A stretch of DNA of 64,000 nucleotides from an uncultured Phycisphaerales bacterium (GCA_963844715.1 CAWJPJ010000008.1:832001-896000), one strand, 5' to 3'. Shown: positions 20,479 through 32,944, counted from the first letter of the stretch. Made by a program: numbers and translations. The notes: generated from the letters alone by a model not told the origin.

Positions 20479-22147
20479 ATGACCGCCGTAATGATTGAAA
20501 ACGCGATCGGTTATCAACTTCAAGTCCCCAAGGAGATTTCGCTCTCGCTTATCGTTCGAGACCCTGAAACCGTTTACGATCTGTGGCGCCGCAATGATGG
20601 TGAGCCGCGCGATAACTTCGCGCTTTCGGCGCTGCGGTTAGGCGTGATGGCTCTTCGTCAGGCTGCTGGCGCCGTGGATGGCGAAACAGTGCGCCGCGAG
20701 GGCGAAAGGCTTGTGTCGTCTGTCCGCGAATTGCTGACGGAGCGCTCGAACCAAATGATGGAGCATGTATCGACGACGCTAAAAGCATATTTCGATCCCT
20801 CCGACGGTCAATTGCCACTACGGCTTGAGCGCTTGCTGAAACGAGACGGAGAACTGGAAATTATTTTGGCCCGTCACGTGGGCGATGACGGCTCAACTCT
20901 CGCACAGACTCTAGCCCGGCATGTTGGCGAATCCAGTCCTCTATTGAAACTGCTGTCGCCCGATCAAGCGGACGGCGTTATCGGGGCGCTGACTGAAACG
21001 ATTCAGAAGGCAATGGATGATCAGCGTAGGCACGTTCTGCAGCAGTTTTCGCTCGACAAAGAGGATTCGGCGCTTTCTCGCCTGATTAAGCAGGTCTCCG
21101 ACGCCAATGGAAAGTTTCGCGGTGAGCTGTCTGAGGACATCAATCGACTCTGTGGTGAGTTCTCCCTGGACAACGAAGAAGGTGCGCTCACGCGGCTCGT
21201 GCGACAGGTTGAACGGGCACAGAGAAGCATCGTCGAGCAGTTCTCAAACGACAATGAGGATTCAGCCCTACGGCGAATGACCAAACTCCTTGAAACGACG
21301 AACAAGTCGATTCAGAACAGTCTGACGCTGGACGACGATAAATCGCCCTTGTCCCGACTGCGTCGGGAATTGATGAATGTGCTTGAGGAGGAGAAAAAGG
21401 CGAATAACTCTTTTCAAACGGAAGTGAGAGCTGTACTCGATGCGATGAAGGCTCGCCGCGAAGAGGCAGATCGTTCGACTCGGCATGGTGGGGAATTCCA
21501 AGATGCCGTTGGGGCACTTCTCCAAACCGATTCACAACGACTTGGGGATGTTTTTGAGGATGTGGGCGATAGCGCCGGCAGAATTTCTCGCTGTAAGGTC
21601 GGTGACCATGTGATCACGTTGAGCGCGGAGAGTGCGGCACCGGGGGCGAGAATTGTTAGTGAGTCAAAGGCCGACAAGTCATACGACCTTCGCCGGGCCC
21701 TTGGCGAAATCCAGCAGGCCAGAGAGAACCGCGATGCGCAAGTCGGGATATTCGTGTTTTCCTCAGCCAACGCTCCTGCGGATCTTGAGCCACTCAAGCG
21801 GTACGGCAACGACGTCGTCGTGGTGTGGAATCAGGATGATCCTTCCACTGATATTTTGCTGAAATGCGCCGTCTCGGTTGCTCGCGCTGGCGGTTCGTGA
21901 GGTTCGTGCGTCGGCAGAGGCGGAAGCGAACTTTGAAGAACTCGAAGCGGCAATTGCGAAGGTAGGTCGTGACGCAGCCGCTTTGACGGAGGTAACAACC
22001 TGGGCAAATACAGTCCAGAGCAGTGGCAAAAAGATTGCGGATCGTGTCGAAAAAGTTCGCGAGGATTTGGAAAAACAGGTTGATCAGCTTCAAGAACATG
22101 TAGCACGGCTCAAGGCCAGCGTATCGGCGGGAACTCATACTGCCTGA
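20479..22147 (+). CDS. helical-repeat/coiled-coil protein with PD-(D/E)xK nuclease-like domain (RmuC/DUF2130-like); frameshift near 21885
   Basis: FSLDxExSALxRL repeats; HGGEF..GDHVI..IVSESK..GIFVF. Confidence 0.65.
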
Positions 22148-22161
22148 TTCTGCCGCTTATT

Positions 22162-25100
22162 ATGAAGTCACTCAACTTCGAATTTCTTTCCTCAAGCTGG
22201 CCGGACTTAGCCGGCCTTGGCAGCTTTGCCGAGCAATACGCAATTCCAGACCCCTCTCACGCCGCAGTAAAGCTCCGCGCCTTCGCCGAACAGATCGTCG
22301 CCTTCATTTTTCACACGCACAAATTACCCCCAATTCCGCGAGCTAATCTAAATGACCTTCTGGAAACTCATTCGTTCCAACAAACCGTTCCGCGTGTCAT
22401 CCTCACGAAGCTGCACGAACTTCGAATAACTGGCAACCATGCCGCTCACGGCGCCGAAGTCAAAAGTCGACAGGTGCTGTATTTGCTCAAGGAAGCATAT
22501 GATTTGGGATGTTGGCTCAGCATGACTTATGCGGGCACAACAAAAGCCCAGCTTCCGTCCTTTACTGATCCGCTAACGACGCCTGGCGCCGACTCCAAGG
22601 AGCAACTCAAACGCGAGAAGAAAGCCGTGCTTGAGAAGCTAGCCGCCGCCGAAGCGCAGATGCAGCAGCTTTTATCCGAATTGGAAGCGACTCGCGGCAG
22701 GGCCACGGCGGCTGAAGCCAGCGCGGCGGAGCTGCAAGCTTCTGTGGAGGCAGGGCACAAGGCCGTTACGCGCTCTTGATTTCGACGAGGCCACTACTCG
22801 CCGTCGCCTGATCGACACGATGTTGCTGACTGCGGGCTGGGATGTCGATCCTGATGGTGGCTCGACTGCACAAGTCGGTCAGGAAATTGCGGTCGATGGT
22901 CAACCCACGGACACGGGAAAGGGTTGCGTTGATTATGTCCTTTGGGAAGATGAAACCGGCAAGCCGTTGGCGGTGATCGAGGCCAAGAAAACCGCCAAAA
23001 ACGCCGAAGAAGGCCGAACGCAAGCGAAGCTGTACGCCGACGCCCTTGAGAAGAAGCACGGCCAGCGTCCGGTCATTTTCTACACTAACGGGTTTGAAAC
23101 GACGCTCTGGAACGATGCCGACGGTGAACCACCGCGCCGGGTATATGGCATCTATGCCAAAGACAGCCTGCGCTATGTGTTCTTCAAGCGTTCTTCCCGG
23201 CAGCCCGCCACCGCTGTGCACGCGGATGCCAACATCACGGACCGAACGTATCAGATCGAAGCGGTAATGAGGGTTATCGAACGCTTTGCCGCCAAGCATC
23301 GCAAGGGGCTTATCGTACAGGCCACTGGCACCGGAAAAACTCGCGTCGCTATCTCATTGGCCGCATCTTTGATTCGGGCCAATTGGGCAAAGCGAGTGCT
23401 ATTCCTATGCGACCGGCGCGAGCTTCGGAAGCAAGCGTCCAACGCGTTCAAAGACTTTTTGCCGAGCGAGCCGCGGACGGTCGTTACGACGGATACAGCT
23501 CAAGACCGCGAATGCCGGATTTACCTGGCAACCTACCCGGCCATGTCGAAAGTCTTTGAGACCTTCGATGTTGGATTCTTTGACCTCATCATCGCCGACG
23601 AATCTCATCGGAGCATTTACAACCGTTACCGAGATATCTTTCTTTACTTCGATGCGTTGGAGGTTGGCCTGACCGCGACCCCGGTCGATTACATCGCCCG
23701 CAACACCTTTACGCTGTTCAATTGCGAGAACCAGGACCCAACATCGAATTTCACCTTCAACGAGGCGATCAATCACGTTCCCCCTTATCTCGTTCCATTC
23801 AAAGTCCAACGAGTCACAACGGCCTTCCAGCGTGACGGTATTCACTACTCCCAAATGAACGACGATCAGCGGAAGCAATTGGAGGAGGACGAGGTCGAAC
23901 CGGATCGAATCGAATTTAATCCGCACCAGGTCGACAGTCAGGTCTTTAACAAGGACACCAACCGGCACATCCTTCGCAACCTCATGGAACGAGGAATCAA
24001 GGTCAAAGACGGCCAGCAGATCGGCAAGTCCATCATCTTCGCCCGCAATCACAATCATGCGGTATTGCTTCAAAACCTCTTTGACGAAATGTATCCGCAG
24101 TACGGAGGCAAGTTTTGCCGCGTCATAGACAACTATGACCCTCGCGCCGAGGAGTTGATCGACGACTTCAAAGGATTGGGAACCAATCCCGACCTGACCA
24201 TTGCGATTTCCGTGGACATGCTCGATACGGGCATTGACGTACCGGAAGTCGTGAACCTTGTTTTCGCCAAGCCCGTCTATTCCTACGTTAAATTCTGGCA
24301 GATGATCGGTCGTGGCACTCGCCTGTGCAAAGACCTGTTGGGTGCCAGCAAGGATAAGACTCACTTCCTCGTCTTCGATCACTGGAATAATTTCAGTTAC
24401 TTCGACGAAAGCTATGAGCCTGCCGAGCCTTCTAACGGCAAGCCATTGCTTCATCGCTTGTTTGACGCCCGGCTGATTTTGGCCGAAACGGCTCTATCCA
24501 AGCCTGACATTTGCGTTTTCGAGTTGGCTGCAGCGTTGATTACCAAAGACATTGCCGATCTTCCCGAAAAGACCGTATCCGTGCGCGAGAAATGGCGGCA
24601 GGTGATTGTGGTAAAGAACCCCGAAGTGATCCGGCAATTTGAGCCGGCCACACTGGTCGCACTTCGGCAAGACATTGCCCCCCTGATGCAATGGCGCGAT
24701 ATCGCCGGCGATGAATCAGCGTATATCTTTGATCTACTGATTTGCCGACTTCAAACCGAGCTATTGCGGCAATCAGCGCGATTCGATGACCTTAAAGCCC
24801 AACTTCTGGCGATTCTCGACGATCTAGTAATGCACCTTTCCCAGGTCAAGGCGAAGGCTGACACGATCGCTTCGCTCCGCACGCAAGCATTTTGGGATCA
24901 GGTAACAGTCGCCTCACTCGAAAATGTGCGAACCGAACTTCGCGGGATTGTTCGCCACCGATCCCAAATCTCCACTCCTCGTGTTCCGCCAAAAGTCATT
25001 GACGTGAAGGAAGACGAATCGCTGATCGAGCGCAGGGACTACAAGCCCAAACTCGAAGGTCTGGACTTGGCCGCGTATCGGAAGCGCGTGGAGCAGGCGC

Positions 25101-25561
25101 TATCAAGCCTCTTTACAAACAATCCGACGCTACAGCGAATCAAGGCTGGTCAGCCGGTTTCTGAGACGGATTTGAAAACACTCGTTTCCTTGGTCCTCAC
25201 TCAGTATCCGGACCTCGACTTGACCGACCTCACCGAATACTTTCCGGAAACCGCCGGCCATCTCGACATGGCCATTCGCACCATCATCGGCTTGGACGCC
25301 CAGACCGTCGATCAGGTGTTTCAAGGTTTCGTCCGCAAGCATCGTCTGAACTCAATGCAAATTCGATTCCTGACCCTGCTTCAGAATCACATTGCTCGCT
25401 ACGGGTCGATAGAATTGGAACGGCTTTACGATGCTCCGTTTACTTCGGTCCATACCGAGGGCCTTGACGGCGTGTTCCCCGAGAACGCCCAGGTGGACGA
25501 ATTGATGTCTCTAATCAAAAAGTTCAGCCCTTCGGGGCCAAAGGATAGCGCCATAGCATGA
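22162..25561 (+). CDS. hsdR: type I restriction subunit R with N-terminal DUF4145-like domain; frameshift near 22770
   Basis: DYVLW..IEAKK nuclease motif, [28 protein letters not shown]. Confidence 0.93.
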
Positions 25562-27093
25562 TTACCGGCACGCTAAAGAACCGTATGGATCAGCTTTGGA
25601 CGGAATTTTGGACGGGTGGCATCACGAACCCACTCACCGTCATCGAGCAAATCTCCTATCTCATGTTCATTCGTATGATGGACATGCGAGAGACTCGACG
25701 CGAGAAAGCCGCTGCGCGCACAGGCAAACCATTTCAGGGCATCTATACCGGCCCAGACGACCCCCGTCGCTGGCACAATCTCGTTCACATGCCCGGCGAC
25801 CAGCTTCTCGAAACAGTTGACCAGAAGGTCTTCAAACAAATCCGCGAATTGGCTGTGAAAGACACGATCTTCGGCCAATACCTGGCCGACGCTCAGCTCA
25901 TGGTTCGCAAGCCTAGCTTGCTCGTCAAAGCCGTCGAAATGATCGAGGCCTTTCCCCTAGCCACGAGCGACACTAAGGGCGACCTGTACGAATATCTTCT
26001 CTCCAAGCTCACAACGGCTGGCATCAACGGCCAGTTCCGCACGCCGCGACACATCATCCGCATGATGGTGGATCTTGTCGAACCGCAGCCCACATGGCGC
26101 ATCGGCGACCCCGCTTGCGGAACCGCCGGCTTCCTTGTCGCTGCCATGGATTATCTCCTTGAGCACAATACATCCCCAAAGGGCATTCTTACGGAGAAGA
26201 TCAACGGCGACACGGTCAAAGTGTTCTCCGGCGATCTGCTGGAGCCTTACCGAAAGCACATCCAGAACGACATGTTCTTCGGCTTCGATTTCGACGTGAC
26301 CATGCTCCGCATCGCCGCAATGAACATGATGCTCCACGGCGTGGAGAATCCCATCATTCGTTACCAGGATACGCTGTCCAACGGATTCCCTGACAACAAA
26401 CAGCACGGCCAGTGCGCCGAGAATTTCTTTGATGCGATTCTCGCCAACCCCCCATTCAAAGGCAGCCTCGATTCCACCGATGTGCACCCTTCCCTCACTG
26501 GCAAGGTCAAAACCCGAAAGACGGAATTACTGTTTTTGGTTCTCATGCTCCGCATGCTCAAGCTGGGCGGCCGCTGCTCGGTAATTGTGCCCGATGGCGT
26601 CCTGTTTGGCTCAAGCTCCGCCCACATCGCATTGCGAAAACTACTGGTCGAAGAAAACCAGTTGCAAGCCGTCATCAAACTTCCCGCTGGCGTGTTCAGG
26701 CCATACGCAGGTGTTTCGACAGCCGTGCTGATGTTCACAAAAGGCGGCCAGACGAACGATGTTTTCTTTTACGACGTGCAAGCCGACGGTTTCTCCCTCG
26801 ACGACAAGCGTGACTCCATAAAGGAAAGCGACCTTCCCGACGTTCGTCTGCAATGGAAGAAGTGGGCCGATGGCAAGGGAAAAAAGCATTTTGCCGACCG
26901 CACCGGTAAGGCGTTCTTCGTGACCGCCAATGACATCCGAGACAATGGATACGATCTTTCGATCAACCGCCACAAGGAAGTCGTGCACGAGGAATTGAAG
27001 CACGATCCACCAAAGGTAATTCTCAAACGCCTTCGCAAATTGGAAGAGGAAATTGCTAAAGACCTGAGCGAACTGGAGGGAATGCTGAAGTGA
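25558..27093 (+). CDS. hsdM: type I m6A methyltransferase subunit M
   Basis: [22 protein letters not shown]. Confidence 0.96.
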   Translation: MITGTLKNRMDQLWTEFWTGGITNPLTVIEQISYLMFIRMMDMRETRREKAAARTGKPFQGIYTGPDDPRRWHNLVHMPGDQLLETVDQKVFKQIRELAVKDTIFGQYLADAQLMVRKPSLLVKAVEMIEAFPLATSDTKGDLYEYLLSKLTTAGINGQFRTPRHIIRMMVDLVEPQPTWRIGDPACGTAGFLVAAMDYLLEHNTSPKGILTEKINGDTVKVFSGDLLEPYRKHIQNDMFFGFDFDVTMLRIAAMNMMLHGVENPIIRYQDTLSNGFPDNKQHGQCAENFFDAILANPPFKGSLDSTDVHPSLTGKVKTRKTELLFLVLMLRMLKLGGRCSVIVPDGVLFGSSSAHIALRKLLVEENQLQAVIKLPAGVFRPYAGVSTAVLMFTKGGQTNDVFFYDVQADGFSLDDKRDSIKESDLPDVRLQWKKWADGKGKKHFADRTGKAFFVTANDIRDNGYDLSINRHKEVVHEELKHDPPKVILKRLRKLEEEIAKDLSELEGMLK

Positions 27094-28301
27094 TAGCGAC
27101 TCCCTCAATAACTTGGGAGGATCGCGCTTTAGGCGAAATCGCCGAGATCGACCGCGATGGCGTTGCACAGAGTCAATCGACGATGGCACGTTTTACGTCG
27201 GCCTAGAGCACATAACTGGCGAAGGTCAAATCGTTGGAGCTCGGCAGGTTGCCACTGGGGACTTGGCGAGCACTAAATTCCGCTTTGGCGACAGTCACAT
27301 CCTTTACGGCAAACTGCGGCCGTATCTATGTAAGATTGCTCGCCCAGGCTTTGCAGGCGTGTGTAGCACCGATATTCTACCGATTCTCCCCGGCCCGAAG
27401 GTTGATCGCGGATATCTATTTCACTTTCTTCGACATCCCCGGATCGTAGCTTGGGCAACCGCGCGATGCGAGGGCGCGAATCTTCCAAGGCTCAGTCCAA
27501 AGAAGCTGGACACGCTGTCTGTTCCATTGCCCCATCCAGGTGATCCAGAGCGGAGTCTAGCCGAGCAGGAGCGAATCGCTGCCGTTTTGGATAGGGCCGA
27601 TGCCATCTGCCGCAAGCGACAAGAGGCGCATCGAAGTGGTTAGAGGTCTAAGCAACAGCTTATTCCAAGACCTGTTCGTCAACTATCTAAGACTACCAAT
27701 TTCCGAAATGCCTCGGCTTGGCAATCCAGAGCTTTCAGATATAGCGTCTGGTGTCACCAAGGGGCGACGCTTCAACGGTCAACCAACAGTCATCGTGCCA
27801 TATATTCGCGTTGCGAATGTCCAGGACGGCTATCTTGACCTCAATGAGATCAAGACAATTGAGGCGCTTCCTTCCGATGTAGAGGCGCTCCGTTTGCAAC
27901 CCGGAGACGTGCTAATGACCGAAGGGGGCGACTTTGACAAGCTGGGCCGCGGCGCACTTTGGGAAGCCGATATTCTGGACTGCATCCACCAGAATCACGT
28001 CTTTCGAGTTCGATGCAACCGAAAGAATCTTCTACCCGTGTACCTGGCTCATTACATCCGCACCGAACTCGCCAAAGGATACTTTCTCCGATGTGCCAAG
28101 AAGACCTCCAACCTAGCCAGCATGAACATGACTCAATTGAAGGCCACTCCGGTTGCTTGTCCGCCAATGGAGTTGCAGAAGCGATTCACTACCGAAGTGA
28201 AAAACATCGACGACCTCAAGCGCCAACAAGGTACCGCTGTCCGTGATTCGGAAGCGCTTTTCAATTCCTTAGTTAATCGAGCCTTTGCAGGGGGACTATA
28301 G
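27090..28301 (+). CDS. hsdS: type I specificity subunit S (frameshifts near 27170 and 27630)
   Basis: Two TRDs ([25 protein letters not shown]); [25 protein letters not shown]. Confidence 0.9.
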
Positions 28302-28302
28302 C

Positions 28303-29124
28303 TTGGCCGTCCAAACGCAAAATCGAATTGCGGCGTTTTCCGCCCAGCATTTGGAGGCAATCAGCCGCGTGCTGGCAGACACGGAGACCGGGCTGACGGG
28401 TTCGGAGATTGGCCATCTCCTTTCAGATTGCCGAATCAATGATCCTGACCCAGCCATGACGAAATGGAAGCGGCTTTACAATGCATTTGTCGGCTTCCAG
28501 AACAAGAACCATATTGGGAATCACGTAGTCGTGTTTATTGGACGGGCAATGAATCCAGCCAGCTATACTTCCCGCCCGGATGTTTTCCGCCTTCGCCGCG
28601 ACAACCTAAACGCCGTACTCGCATTCTGTGGAATGCATCTTCGAGAAGACGGCAAGGTGCAGCGAACTGATCGGGCCTCCACAATTAACCAGGCATTGGA
28701 GCGGGCCGATCGCCTTCGGGCTGCCTTGACGCTCAGGAACGTACATGCCGACGTCCTCAAATTTTGCACGGCAGAATTACTCGATGAGAATTTCTTCCAC
28801 GCCGTCTTCGAGGCGATGAAAAGCATCACGGCCAAGCTGCGACAAACGAGTGGCCTCACCAATGACGGCGCCGATCTGGTACACGATGCCTTTGGTGACC
28901 GCTATGGCACGCCACTCCTGGCGATCAACTCTTACGACAGCGAAACTCTTGTTATGGAACAGCGTGGATTTGTCAGCCTTTTGAAGGGGCTGTATGGGAC
29001 GATTCGGAACCCGCTAGCCCATGATGCAAGAATCGAATGGGAAATGGATGAGCAAGATGCTCTGGATATTCTGACCATGATATCGCTCGTACACAGGAAG
29101 CTGGATAAAGCCCGTCGGCTATAA
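28303..29124 (+). CDS. TIGR02391-family protein (HEPN-like RNase)
   Basis: GLTGSEI..TKWKRLYNAF N-domain; FHAVFEAMK; RNPLAH (RxxxxH). Confidence 0.82.
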   Translation: MAVQTQNRIAAFSAQHLEAISRVLADTETGLTGSEIGHLLSDCRINDPDPAMTKWKRLYNAFVGFQNKNHIGNHVVVFIGRAMNPASYTSRPDVFRLRRDNLNAVLAFCGMHLREDGKVQRTDRASTINQALERADRLRAALTLRNVHADVLKFCTAELLDENFFHAVFEAMKSITAKLRQTSGLTNDGADLVHDAFGDRYGTPLLAINSYDSETLVMEQRGFVSLLKGLYGTIRNPLAHDARIEWEMDEQDALDILTMISLVHRKLDKARRL

Positions 29125-29154
29125 GTATTCGACCTCTAATGCGTGAGATTGAAC

Positions 29155-30820
29155 ATGATCACTGCAATCGAAATCGAGAACTTCAAAGGCTTTTCCCACC
29201 GGCAACGAATCGAGTTGCGCCCATTGACGTTGCTTTACGGTGCAAACTCTGCCGGCAAGAGCAGCGTCTTTGACGCGATTCACTACGTCCGCGAGGTGAT
29301 CGAACGTAGCAACCTTGATGCCCAACAAGTCATTGGCGGCGGGGACATGGTCGATTTAGGCGGCTTTGACACGATGGTGCACAATCACACGCCGGGCACA
29401 GTAATAAAGCTGCGGATCGACATTGGATTTCTTCCTCCAGGATTCAGCGCGAGCCTCCTCGCAAGCGAAGACGATCCGCAGGTTGTCAGTTGGATCGCAA
29501 ATCGCGCTCGTGATGGTTGGATCGAATTTCACGTCGTTCGCAATGGTCCACCAATCGTGTCGCACTACGAAATGGGTCTCAACGGAAGCCGGCTTCTCGC
29601 ATCTGATACTTCTGCCGATGGTTCTCAAGCCACGCTGACTATGGACGCGGATCATTCCATTTTCCGATTGCCCGATTCCGCTTCCAACGACGTGCCGCCT
29701 TTTATCCAGGAGCTTATTAAGAGATTTGAGGGAAACGAATCATCGATGCCCTCGAACCTGATTCGCCTCTTCTTGACGGCTGAAGACGACATGCCAGCGC
29801 CATTACCTCCCTTGCTTGAAGGTCAGGTATGGACCGTCGCTGGTGATGCATTGCCGCGAACGAACTCGGCTGAGCTAATCCGGTTAAAGCAAGCCATGGC
29901 TGAAATGCCTGAAAACAACTCAGGGCGCGTCGTACTGGGCGCTCGTTTTGAAATTTCTTCAGGAGCCACTTTCGCTGCTCCGACAGGCTCTAAACCGCGT
30001 TGGTTATCTCGGTCCGGTCCGAAAGAAGCCTGGGCGTGGATTCTCGATTGAAAAAATGGTTCCGAACACGGCGCGCGAAGCATGTGGGCTCTCCACCTGG
30101 GATTGGTTGGGGCAAGCGACTGCTGAGGAACTCGCTGAATTCAATCGCTTCATGCACTCAGAAGACCCGCGTTCACTCAAGACCGGCTATGTCATCCAAT
30201 TGAGACAATATAAGGAGCTCGACTTGGCCAGCCGATTGATGGCCGATCTTGCCGCCGGACGGGTGTTTGAAGACGTTGATCTTCGAGACGCGCTTAATTC
30301 CCTTCCCACACGGACGCAGGTGTTACTTAGGGATGAGACATCGGGACAGGGTATGCTCCTGCACCCCGAGGACGTGGGTGAAGGCGTATCCCAACTCGTC
30401 CCCGTGATTGGGATCACCCTTGGCCGACAGCACGACTTACTTATGACCGAGCAGCCCGAACTCCACGTGCACCAGACCATCCAAGCCAATCTCGGCGATG
30501 TTTTCCTTTATCGCGTCGAGCGCAGCATGGATGAATTTAACCGACTGGACGACCTTGCTCCGCTACGATGGCCCGTTCGTCAGCTCGTAGAGACTCACAG
30601 CGAACCGCTTCTTCTTCGAGTAATGCGCCGCATTCGCCAGCAAACGAAAGACAAGAAGGAATCGGCGATCAAACCCGAGGACGTTCGCATTTATTTTTTT
30701 TCAAGGAAGGATGACTCTATTCGGGTGATTCCAATCGATGTGACGCCACAGGGCGATCTCACCCAACCTTGGCCCGATGAGCAGTTCGAGGTCGACTTTG
30801 CTGAGAGGTTCGCCCGATGA
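29155..30820 (+). CDS. ABC/AAA_21 ATPase with DUF3696-like C-terminus; frameshift near 29945
   Basis: IENFK, GANSAGKSS, VGEGVSQLVP, EQPELHVH, ETHSEPLLLR. Confidence 0.85.
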
Positions 30821-31787
30821 TTTGCGAGTTTGCTCTGACACCCGAAATCTTTTCGTCTGATGCCCATGCTGATCGTGAGCTGTGGCTGTCGAGCGTTCGC
30901 GATTTCGTTGCGGCCCTGTTTCCGAAGACGAATCAACTACCAGCATGCATATCTAATTTGTACGATGGCGGTTGGGAAAGCGAAGCCGGAAAACTCGCTG
31001 TTGCAAGTGCTCCCGAAATCCGCGGTGATGTGGCCAAACTACTGAGCCGCCTCCAAGACCTGCTCGTAAAGCGCGATCCTGTCGGAGACTGGCCTGGCGA
31101 CGAAGACGCATGGGCCATGGAGGCGTCTTTGTGTTCTGCTCGACAGCTACAAATCAGCCAAATCTGGGCGAGCAACGAGTGTTGTGGACGGTTGGGCGGC
31201 CATAATTTTGCGACTTTACATGATGTTTCATATCCGGCACGTTGGAACGATTTCCGCCCCACCCGCAGAATCCCCTTGACCGTTGGTGACCAACTGGCCG
31301 CCTTGCGCATGCTGACATTTCATTCCAGTTGGTTGGCTTACATCGACCCCTACATCCATGGTTCGACTGCCGATGACGAGCTAGAGCTGGCGTTAGCGTT
31401 TTGACTCAAATGCGGGCTAGGCCTCGCACCACACCTGTGCTTCTCGACATTCACACTGACGACGCGATAAATCCAACAAACGTTCTTGCCAATATCAACC
31501 GGCGACTTCCGGCCGCCGATCCTTCCTTCCAGATTCGCGCGTTCTTTTGGCCGAGAAAGATGCTGGAGCGGTATGTGCTGGCGGGCGAAGTTAATGCTTC
31601 GGCGGCTAACTTGCGGCAGCAACGAGTTCGTTGGGGCGTGGGCATGGGGCATGTGGCCCGAGACAATGCCAATGCTCGAAACGTAACGCCAGTTACTTGG
31701 TCTCTCCTGCCTAGATCGGAAGTTCCAGGGCTGTTTGCCGAATACTACTCCACAACAGCCCCCACGTTGATTCAGCGAATTCGCTGA
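30817..31787 (+). CDS. hypothetical ATPase partner protein (frameshift near 31402)
   Basis: ATGA overlap with the ATPase; MICEFALTPE N-terminus; IDPY..ERYVL..GVGMG C-terminus. Confidence 0.6.
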
Positions 31788-32030
31788 ATCACGCGACCAA
31801 CGCGCCTCGACCAGATCTGCTTACTTTCCTGGCGAACGTACCGCGCCGAAAATGGCAGGATTGCCAAGACTTTACATGACGACAGGCGTTCCTCTCGCCG
31901 TCCTCGCTGCGTTTGTAACCATTCATAGTTCCACAGGTTTCCAGACGATGTCCCGACGTGGCAATGACCGACGGACACGAAAGTCTAAGGTCGCCTGCCT
32001 TCGTTTCTCCGTTCGGCTGCTGATTGAAGA

Positions 32031-32326
32031 CTATTTGTCCGCGCCCGCATCGACACATCGCTGTCGCGCGATCCATGTATGCGCTTCGTCCGCCGCTTTG
32101 GCCAGAAGCAAAAGATCATCGGCGCCGAAACTGGCGCTTTCTTTCCATGCGTTTTCGCCGTCCTTGTAAGAACGACTGAATGTAACGCAATAAAGTGGCC
32201 GGCTGGTGTTGCCGTTGTCCACGATGTTGCGCAGATCGCGGCACGGACCGAGCCATAACGGATGGTCTGAACCGGACGATTCGTCTTCTTCTCAGTTTTG
32301 CTCGCATTGTTCGTTGATTGCGCCAT
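32031..32326 (-). CDS. small hypothetical protein (frameshift near 32235)
   Basis: GGAGG RBS; RPVQTIRYGSVRAAI..VTFSRSYKDGENAWKESASF. Confidence 0.65.
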
Positions 32327-32354
32327 ATCACACCTCCAGGTTGAGCGGGTTCAT

Positions 32355-32648
32355 TCAGGTCATTGCGGCCGCAAGGGAATCCAGTTCTTCCGCCGTTCCA
32401 CATACAATCCGCTCGCAGACGGGCACGAACTCGGCCACGCCGAATTGTTTGAGGAATCCGATCCGCGGCTGCCGCGCCAAACCCCGCTCTGTCGCAATGC
32501 GCACGGCCTCGTCGTATGTCGGCAACGCCGGCGCGATCGCGTCGTGCGGCCGGATATCCGCCAGGTCCGTGAGGATCGTGACGACTTGAATCGTGGTCGG
32601 TGACGATTGCCGCTTGAATACGGCAAATGTTGCGGTGGCGGCGATCAT
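32355..32648 (-). CDS. hypothetical protein
   Basis: AAAGGAG RBS before the ATG at 32648; fused in frame to the upstream gene in this sequence. Confidence 0.5.
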   Translation of the reverse strand: MIAATATFAVFKRQSSPTTIQVVTILTDLADIRPHDAIAPALPTYDEAVRIATERGLARQPRIGFLKQFGVAEFVPVCERIVCGTAEELDSLAAAMT

Positions 32649-32927
32649 GGTTGCTCCTTTGGCGCCGGCGCCGGTGAAGGCGCAGGGCTGTCGGGGAGCG
32701 CGGGATCGCGCCTTAAGGCCGTACTTGGCGACTTGGAACTCCCGGTCGCCGTCCATGAAACGGCGGGCCATTTCACGGATTAGATCGGATTCTGACACGT
32801 CCGCGCCATAAGCCTGCTTGTAAAAAGCCTTATAGCGTTCCAGGTCTTGCGCCAGCTCGTTATTGATTTCTACGGTCAACTTCACGCGAGTTGTCTGGTG
32901 GAACGGACGCAATGCAATCTCAGGCAT
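32645..32927 (-). CDS. DUF2274 domain protein
   Basis: VKLTVEI..L.QDLERY..Y..AYG..DLI..M..RFMDGDREF; usual position after trbI. Confidence 0.8.
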
Positions 32928-32944
32928 GGATATCTCCGTCAACG

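Noticed and set aside
27090..28301. Phase-variable or invertible hsdS
   Set aside because: Single hsdS with no inverted repeats or long simple-sequence tract; the breaks look like ordinary indels
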